NCBI GenBank assembly: GCA_964057225.1
Contig: OZ059895.1
Coordinates: 13,330,001-13,394,000, forward strand
Origin: Auanema rhodensis
Lineage: Eukaryota > Animalia > Nematoda
Direction: 5' to 3'
DNA length: 64,000 nucleotides
Shown: positions 52,554 to 61,200 of the stretch, one piece after another
How the letters are laid out: each line of letters opens with the position of its first letter
Numbering within the stretch: position 1 is the first letter of the stretch
Notes under the pieces: generated by a model
Databases searched by the model: none
What the model saw: the letters and a program-made list of their open reading frames with translations, nothing else
What the model was told of the DNA's origin: nothing
Program-made: the position numbers and the translations under genes

Positions 52554-52963
52554 GAAAATACCTGATATTCAATGATTTACATACTTATCCTCGTTATTGT
52601 TTTTTTTCCAATTTCATGTTAGTTATGTAATTTTCTACGTTACATCTAAATTCCTCGATGATATCAAATCTTATGAGCACCAAATACAATAAATTAAAAA
52701 AGGTTTCACAGTTGTATAGTGTTAAAACAATGTTTGTTTCAATAGGAAATAGATAGAAACAGTAAAGTTAAGATGAAGGTTCATAAACTACTGGTTTATA
52801 ACTGTAATATAGAAATAAGATTGAAGATATTTTGATGCCTTGGGTTGAGCTATCTAAGTAAAACTGCTAGAAAATTAAAAACATTTGTTACGGAAGAGAT
52901 AAAATTGAAAATCAGCTGCACGGCGTACTTTCAACGTGGTATGATCGTTAAAAAAATTTGAAA

Positions 52964-53082
52964 AGCTTACGGCACCCGGGATTCCCAAGCCGTCTCCGAT
53001 CCAAGTACTAACCGGGCCCAACGTTGCTTGACTTGCCAGATCGGACGGGATGGCGTACTTTCAACGTGGTATGGTCGTAAGC
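52964..53082 (-). rRNA. 5S rRNA
   Basis: Array copy. Confidence 0.95.
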
Positions 53083-53492
53083 GAAAATATCTGATATTCA
53101 ATGATTTACATACTTATCCTCGTTATTGTTTTTTTTCTAATTTCATGTTAGTTATGTAATTTTCTACGTTACATCTAAATTCCTCGATGATATCAAATCT
53201 TATGAGCACCAAATACAATAAATTAAAAAAGGTTTCACAGTTGTATAGTGTTAAAACAATGTTTGTTTCAATAGGAAATAGATAGAAACAGTAAAGTTAA
53301 GATGAAGGTTCATAAACTACTGGTTTATAACTGTAATATAGAAATAAGATTGAAGATATTTTGATGCCTTGGGTTGAGCTATCTAAGTAAAACTGCTAGA
53401 AAATTAAAAACATTTGTTACGGAAGAGATAAAATTGAAAATCAGCTGCATTGCGTACTTTCAACGTGGTATGATCGTTAAAAAAAATTGAAA

Positions 53493-53611
53493 AGCTTACG
53501 GCACCCGGGATTCCCAAGCCGTCTCCGATCCAAGTACTAACCGGGCCCAACGTTGCTTGACTTGCCAGATCGGACGGGATGGCGTACTTTCAACGTGGTA
53601 TGGTCGTAAGC
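53493..53611 (-). rRNA. 5S rRNA
   Basis: Array copy. Confidence 0.95.
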
Positions 53612-54021
53612 GAAAATATCTGATATTCAATGATTTACATACTTATCCTCGTTATTGTTTTTTTTCCAATTTCATGTTAGTTATGTAATTTTCTACGTTA
53701 CATCTAAATTCCTCGATGATATCAAATCTTATGAGCTCCAAATACAATAAATTAAAAAAGGTTTCACAGTTGTATAGTGTTAAAACAATGTTTGTTTCAA
53801 TAGGAAATAGATAGAAACAGTAAAGTTAAGATGAAGGTTCATAAACTACTGGTTTATAACTGTAATATAGAAATAAGATTGAAGATATTTTGATGCCTTG
53901 GGTTGAGCTATCTAAGTAAAACTGCTAGAAAATTAAAAACATTTGTTACGGAAGAGATAAAATTGAAAATCAGCTGCATTGCGTACTTTCAACGTGGTAT
54001 GATCGTTAAAAAAAATTGAAA

Positions 54022-54140
54022 AGCTTACGGCACCCGGGATTCCCAAGCCGCCTCCGATCCAAGTACTAACCGGGCCCAACGTTGCTTGACTTGCCAGATC
54101 GGACGGGATGGCGTACTTTCAACGTGGTATGGTCGTAAGC
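54022..54140 (-). rRNA. 5S rRNA (1 variant nt)
   Basis: Array copy. Confidence 0.93.
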
Positions 54141-54551
54141 GAAAATATCTGATATTCAATGATTTACATACTTATCCTCGTTATTGTTTTTTTTTCCAAT
54201 TTCATGTTAGTTATGTAATTTTCTACGTTACATCTAAATTCCTCGATGATATCAAATCTTATGAGCTCCAAATACAATAAATTAAAAAAGGTTTCACAGT
54301 TGTATAGTGTTAAAACAATGTTTGTTTCAATAGGAAATAGATAGAAACAGTAAAGTTAAGATGAAGGTTCATAAACTACTGGTTTATAACTGTAATATAG
54401 AAATAAGATTGAAGATATTTTGATGCCTTGGGTTGAGCTATCTAAGTAAAACTGCTAGAAAATTAAAAACATTTGTTACGGAAGAGATAAAATTGAAAAT
54501 CAGCTGCATTGCGTACTTTCAACGTGGTATGATCGTTAAAAAAAATTGAAA

Positions 54552-54670
54552 AGCTTACGGCACCCGGGATTCCCAAGCCGTCTCCGATCCAAGTACTAAC
54601 CGGGCCCAACGTTGCTTGACTTGCCAGATCGGACGGGATGGCGTACTTTCAACGTGGTATGGTCGTAAGC
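54552..54670 (-). rRNA. 5S rRNA
   Basis: Array copy. Confidence 0.95.
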
Positions 54671-55080
54671 GAAAATACCTGATATTCAATGATTTACATA
54701 CTTATCCTCGTTATTGTTTTTTTTCCAATTTCATGTTAGTTATGTAATTTTCTACGTTACATCTAAATTCCTCGATGATATCAAATCTTATGAGCTCCAA
54801 ATACAATAAATTAAAAAAGGTTTCACAGTTGTATAGTGTTAAAACAATGTTTGTTTCAATAGGAAATAGATAGAAACAGTAAAGTTAAGATGAAGGTTCA
54901 TAAACTACTGGTTTATAACTGTAATATAGAAATAAGATTGAAGATATTTTGATGCCTTGGGTTGAGCTATCTAAGTAAAACTGCTAGAAAATTAAAAACA
55001 TTTGTTACGGAAGAGATAAAATTGAAAATCAGCTGCATTGCGTACTTTCAACGTGGTATGATCGTTAAAAAAAATTGAAA

Positions 55081-55199
55081 AGCTTACGGCACCCGGGATT
55101 CCCAAGCCGTCTCCGATCCAAGTACTAACCGGGCCCAACGTTGCTTGACTTGCCAGATCGGACAGGATGGCGTACTTTCAACGTGGTATGGTCGTAAGC
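55081..55199 (-). rRNA. 5S rRNA (acagg variant)
   Basis: Array copy. Confidence 0.93.
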
Positions 55200-55610
55200 A
55201 AAAATATCTGATATTCAATGATTTACATACTTATCCTCGTTATTGTTTTTTTTTCCAATTTCATGTTAGTTATGTAATTTTCTACGTTACATCTAAATTC
55301 CTCGATGATATCAAATCTTATGAGCTCCAAATACAATAAATTAAAAAAGGTTTCACAGTTGTATAGTGTTAAAACAATGTTTGTTTCAATAGGAAATAGA
55401 TAGAAACAGTAAAGTTAAGATGAAGGTTCATAAACTACTGGTTTATAACTGTAATATAGAAATAAGATTGAAGATATTTTGATGCCTTGGGTTGAGCTAT
55501 CTAAGTAAAACTGCTAGAAAATTAAAAACATTTGTTACGGAAGAGATAAAATTGAAAATCAGCTGCATTGCGTACTTTCAACGTGGTATGATCGTTAAAA
55601 AAATTTGAAA

Positions 55611-55729
55611 AGCTTACGGCACCCGGGATTCCCAAGCCGTCTCCGATCCAAGTACTAACCGGGCCCAACGTTGCTTGACTTGCCAGATCGGACGGGATGG
55701 CGTACTTTCAGCGTGGTATGGTCGTAAGA
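55611..55729 (-). rRNA. 5S rRNA (2 variant nt including +1)
   Basis: Array copy; ttcagcg and gtaaga variants. Confidence 0.88.
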
Positions 55730-56139
55730 GAAAATACCTGATATTCAATGATTTACATACTTATCCTCGTTATTGTTTTTTTTCCAATTTCATGTTAGTT
55801 ATGTAATTTTCTACGTTACATCTAAATTCCTCGATGATATCAAATCTTATGAGCTCCAAATACAATAAATTAAAAAAGGTTTCACAGTTGTATAGTGTTA
55901 AAACAATGTTTGTTTCAATAGGAAATAGATAGAAACAGTAAAGTTAAGATGAAGGTTCATAAACTACTGGTTTATAACTGTAATATAGAAATAAGATTGA
56001 AGATATTTTGATGCCTTGGGTTGAGCTATCTAAGTAAAACTGCTAGAAAATTAAAAACATTTGTTACGGAAGAGATAAAATTGAAAATCAGCTGCACGGC
56101 GTACTTTCAACGTGGTATGATCGTTAAAAAAATTTGAAA

Positions 56140-56258
56140 AGCTTACGGCACCCGGGATTCCCAAGCCGTCTCCGATCCAAGTACTAACCGGGCCCAACGT
56201 TGCTTGACTTGCCAGATCGGACGGGATGGCGTACTTTCAACGTGGTATGGTCGTAAGC
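56140..56258 (-). rRNA. 5S rRNA
   Basis: Array copy. Confidence 0.95.
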
Positions 56259-56668
56259 GAAAATATCTGATATTCAATGATTTACATACTTATCCTCGTT
56301 ATTGTTTTTTTTCCAATTTCATGTTAGTTATGTAATTTTCTACGTTACATCTAAATTCCTCGATGATATCAAATCTTATGAGCTCCAAATACAATAAATT
56401 AAAAAAGGTTTCACAGTTGTATAGTGTTAAAACAATGTTTGTTTCAATAGGAAATAGATAGAAACAGTAAAGTTAAGATGAAGGTTCATAAACTACTGGT
56501 TTATAACTGTAATATAGAAATAAGATTGAAGATATTTTGATGCCTTGGGTTGAGCTATCTAAGTAAAACTGCTAGAAAATTAAAAACATTTGTTACGGAA
56601 GAGATAAAATTGAAAATCAGCTGCATTGCGTACTTTCAACGTGGTATGATCGTTAAAAAAAATTGAAA

Positions 56669-56787
56669 AGCTTACGGCACCCGGGATTCCCAAGCCGTCT
56701 CCGATCCAAGTACTAACCGGGCCCAACGTTGCTTGACTTGCCAGATCGGACGGGATGGCGTACTTTCAACGTGGTATGGTCGTAAGC
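56669..56787 (-). rRNA. 5S rRNA
   Basis: Array copy. Confidence 0.95.
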
Positions 56788-56844
56788 GAAAATACCTGAT
56801 ATTCAATGATTTACATACTTATCCTCGTTATTGTTTTTTTTCCA

Positions 56845-57183
56845 CGTTCCATATTGGTTCCTAGGGTTCCGGCTAGGTAACCATATGGACTTTAATAGTG
56901 TGAATGCCATTGTAAAAGTAACAGAAAGTAGAGAAAAAGAAGTTTATTCAGAATATGGAAATACAACTATAAAAGCAAAATACAATAATCAAATAAATGA
57001 AACTACATGTTATGAGAAAGCCAACCTAGTTGCTTTCTCAGGGGTTTATATAACAAAATATTAATTACAAATATAATTGAATTTATACAAAAAGTAGTTC
57101 AGGTCTAGTTTCTTATTGAATTCTATTAACCAAAAGTCGGTTGACGTTGTCAACCGCCTTCTTTATAAGACACGTATGGAACA
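56845..57183 (-). repeat. E4 3' LTR (339 bp)
   Basis: cgttccat...gacacgtatggaaca followed by tgcc, as in E1, E2 and E3. The partner LTR is outside the window. Confidence 0.88.
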
Positions 57184-57408
57184 TGCCTTATATTGAAAAA
57201 GTAGCTGACCTCAGCTATAAGAAATTAGACCTTTTAAGGAAAAGAAACAAAAGAGAAAAATATATATATAAATGAATTAGAATTAGAATACTAGAATAGG
57301 AATAATAGTGTAATAGGAATAATATTAAAAAAAAATGAAAACAATATAAAAAGAAAAAGAAAAGAAAAGAAAAGAGAAGAAAAACTATGAATTCACCTCG
57401 TGCAGCTG

Positions 57409-58044
57409 TTATCCTTCTTCCTCCTCGATTTGTCCCAGCTGGAAGTCGGTCGCGGGTTGCCGGTCGGCGACCGTCCATATGTGGAACAGGCTGACGTCTG
57501 TTAGCAGTTCCGTCGCCTGGCCTGCTATCATCATTTTCTTTCTTTTCTGGTCCGGAGTGGTGGCGCGCGTCGCCATTAGTATCCTTAAGGCCTGGCTGAT
57601 CAGGTCTCCCGCTTTCCTAATCGACTGGTTGGTCGATTCCATCATACTTTCTTCTGTCCAGCTCTTGTGGATCTCTTCCGCGGCCCATCTTGGGATGAGA
57701 TCCGCGCTAGCTACATTTTCGGAGGCTGGATAGCCTAGATCTTCGCGTAGTTTGTTGATGGTGGCCTTGGTGCGGGCAGTGGCCTCGGACCAGTTTTGCG
57801 CCATTTTGGCCATCTCTTCTTCATCATTGTTACATGAACATTGTAACCTTTCCAGAGTCTCTATTAATAGAGTAACTCTGGCTAAATTCTCCGAAAATGA
57901 TTGGAGAATTCTTATCTTTTTAGTCCTGTTGTTTGTTGTCTCCAGTTGTTGTAGTTCTATCTGGAGCGAATGAATCTTGATCCACTTTTCCTTGATCATC
58001 GCGATAGGTGTCTCGCAGGCTGGTGGAGGGAAGACGAGTGCCAT
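57409..58044 (-). CDS. E4 accessory ORF3 (~211 aa from MALVFPPP), unknown function
   Basis: Homologous by eye to E1 and E2 ORF3. Likely start is ATG 58044 (ORF also open to ATG 58134). Confidence 0.75.
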   Translation of the reverse strand: MALVFPPPACETPIAMIKEKWIKIHSLQIELQQLETTNNRTKKIRILQSFSENLARVTLLIETLERLQCSCNNDEEEMAKMAQNWSEATARTKATINKLREDLGYPASENVASADLIPRWAAEEIHKSWTEESMMESTNQSIRKAGDLISQALRILMATRATTPDQKRKKMMIAGQATELLTDVSLFHIWTVADRQPATDFQLGQIEEEEG

Positions 58045-58264
58045 TCTTGTGGTGCTGGGAGTTTTTCTGCTTGAGGTGAATTTTGAGCTTATATAGGGTG
58101 AAAAAAATAGGTAAGTATATATTTTGTGATACATAGATATTAAGATTGATGATTGGGGAAAACATTGTTTTTGTTGTTTGGGTAGCAGATAGAATGAATT
58201 ATTATAAATTAATAAAAAAAAATTAATGAATAAAGTTATTTTCCCGAAAAGTTTCTATTTTTGA

Positions 58265-61200
58265 TTAAATGGTTGTTGTTGCTCCAATCACTGTTGAAGG
58301 TCGTTTCTTTCGTACAACCGGTGTTTTTGGAGAATTGAAATGAGCATCAGGTATCTGAGAGCGTGTGAGCCTGTTTTTAGACTCTAAGGTGGGTATCACG
58401 CTGTTGTACCTTATTGGTACGTGGAATGGTTTTGGAGCGGTTATAGGATTTTTGTCTTCTATTCCAAGTGCCAACTTGAGGGCTGAGCTCCATCTTTTGG
58501 TTGTGGGTATCTCTTTACGTCTTTCTTCATAGAGCTCTTGCCTTGTTTCTTCTCCAATTTTATCGACAAGTTGTTGAAATAAGTTGTTTTCGTCCTTGTC
58601 CGTAGCTGACTTGTCTGCCGTATTCGGTCCGGTTTCTGGTTGATAATTGTCCTGTTGTGTTTCCCGCGTAATTTCCTGTGGTGCTATTGTTTCTTGTGGT
58701 GTTATTGAAGGTCGGCTTTGTTCGTAGAATTCGTCCTCGTTGTCGCTTTCTGAATCAGAGATTGATGTTGCGGTGGGCGTGCTATTTTTAGCGCGCGTAT
58801 TTTCCGTATCCTGCTGTGAGCCGTCGCTATAAATGGCGGGTGCGGAGTCGTTTCTGTTGTGCTCGCTTTCTTCGACGTTGTTATCGTCGGGTGGAAAGTA
58901 TCTTATATTATTCTTGTGAGCTATAATCGTATTCCCTTCGCTATCTGCTAATATTACGTTATTTCCTTTTATTTCTTTGATTATATATGGTCCATCGCTT
59001 GTTGTTTGTAATTTATTTGCTGGCTTTGCTCGCTTGACGAGTGCTCTATTTTCCACGAAGATCTCTCTTTCCTGCGTCCTGTGATTTTCGTCGTATTTCT
59101 TCTTCATTCTTTCATTATTCAACTCTATCCTTTCATGAATCTTCTCGTGTAAGTCCGGGGCGTTCTTGATTGTGGCTCCTGGGGTTTCTAAGTCCTTATC
59201 TATTGGTAACCGAGCTGTTTGTCCAAACAGACAGTCGTAGGGTGGTGTGCGAGTAGTAGCGTTTGGTAGTCGATTCATCGTAAAAACAATTTTTGGTAGA
59301 ATAATATCCCAATTGTCTTGGTCGTCATTAACGTAGGAAGTTAATGCTTCTTCCAGTGTTCTGTGTAGCCGTTCCACTTGACCATTTGCGTTTTTGTAGT
59401 ATGGCATAGTTGTGTGATGTTCCGATCCAAGATTATCGCACATGCTTTTGAATTCCTTTGAAACAAAATTTGCTCCATTGTCTGTGATGATTTTCTTGGG
59501 GGGTCCAAAAACATAAAACAAGTGTGTTTTAATAGCTGATACTATTTCTTCTGATGTCTGACGAATTAATGGTATCGCTATAATCCATTTGGAAAATGCG
59601 TCCTGTATAGATAAAATGTATCTATTATCCTTTGCAGTTCTAGGTAATGGTCCTAGTATGTCCATGTGAACTCGTTCCCATGGATGTGTCACTGTTGGGA
59701 AGTTTCTCATTGGTTCAACTGTGGCTTCATGTGGGTTATTTTTCCTCTTTGCACAGTCGAGACATCTGTTCACATATCTTGTGATATCATCCTGTATTCC
59801 TGTCCAAGTGTACCGTCGCAAAATGGAGTCTTGAGTCTTATTGATTCCAAGATGTGCTCCGAGAATTGGGTCTTTATGAAATTTTTCTATAATTGGTATT
59901 GTGATTGCTGGATCGTTTGGTAGAATGGCTCGCGGAGTTTGTAAAGCTGTTTTGGGTTTTGCATACAGAGCGTCGTTCACAACGATATATCGATCCATTA
60001 GTTGCCTTCCTGCTGTTTTGTTCCGAATCTTTTCTTTTGTTTCCATGATCCATTCTGTATTGCCTTGAATGGTCCGAAGGTCCGTAATAGTTGAAATAGT
60101 CGAGATTTTGTGTGTAGGAGTTTCTTTTGGTTTCTTCTTTCTTTCCTTGGCTTCGTTGACTTCGTCTTCAAAATATCGTGAAAGTGCATCACAGACGCTG
60201 TTAAGACGTCCTGGGCGATACACTATCTCGATGTCGTATTCTTGTAATACGATTTGAAATTTTGCTAGCCTGCCAATGAGATCTTTTCTTGTCATGAGGC
60301 TAGTAAGAGGCCTGTGATCGGTAATGATTCTTATTGGTGTGCCTAGTATGTAAGTCCGAAATTGATGTACTGCGAAAGTGAGTGCTAGGGCTTCGATTTC
60401 AATTGGTGGGTAATTCCGTTCGGCTTTGTTCAGTTTTCGGCTGGCAAATGCAATTGGGTGAAGTGGTTCCTTGTCGTCTTTAGCCTGTAATAGTACTGCG
60501 CCAACTGCAATTATACTTCCATCGCTTTCAATGACGTAAGGTCGTTTTGCTATAGGTGCTTGTAGTACAGGAGCTTGACAGAGTATCTGTTTAAGTTGTT
60601 GAAATGCTTGTTCTTCTGCATCTCCCCATTTGAATGCTGTATCCTTTTTCGTGAGCTCATAAAGTGGTGACGCAATGCCTGCGGCATTTCTAATAAATCT
60701 GCGAAAGTAGTTCACAACTCCCATAAATGCTCGAACTCCTGTTATTGATTTCGGTCTTGGATAATCTCGGATTGCTTTTACTTTCTGAGGGTCTGGTTTT
60801 ATTCCTTCGTGTCCAACAATGAATCCTAGGAATTTGACTTCTTGTTGTCCAAAGGTACATTTCTTAAGCTTGATTTTTAATCCTAGCTCTGCTGATGCGT
60901 TCAGTACTTCGTCGATATCTTGTAAATGTTTCGTCGTTGATTCCGATATGAGAAGTAGATCGTCGAGATAGACGAAGAGCTTGCATCGTACGTGTTGTTG
61001 TAAATATCGTACAGCATTTTGGAATGTGTGTGGAGCTCCGCAGAGTCCCATCGGCATTCTGCAGTATTGATAAGTTCCGCTCGTAGTAGTGAATGCGGTG
61101 AGGTGTCTATCTTCTGATCTAAGAGGGATTTGAAAGAATCCAGATACTAGATCAAAGTTACTGAAGATACGCGCTCCGGCTGCTAGGTCCAAGATGTCTT

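Larger units (their letters stand above)
46252..56844 (-). repeat. 5S rDNA tandem array segment, 20 units of 529-530 bp
   Basis: Periodic unit. Confidence 0.97.
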
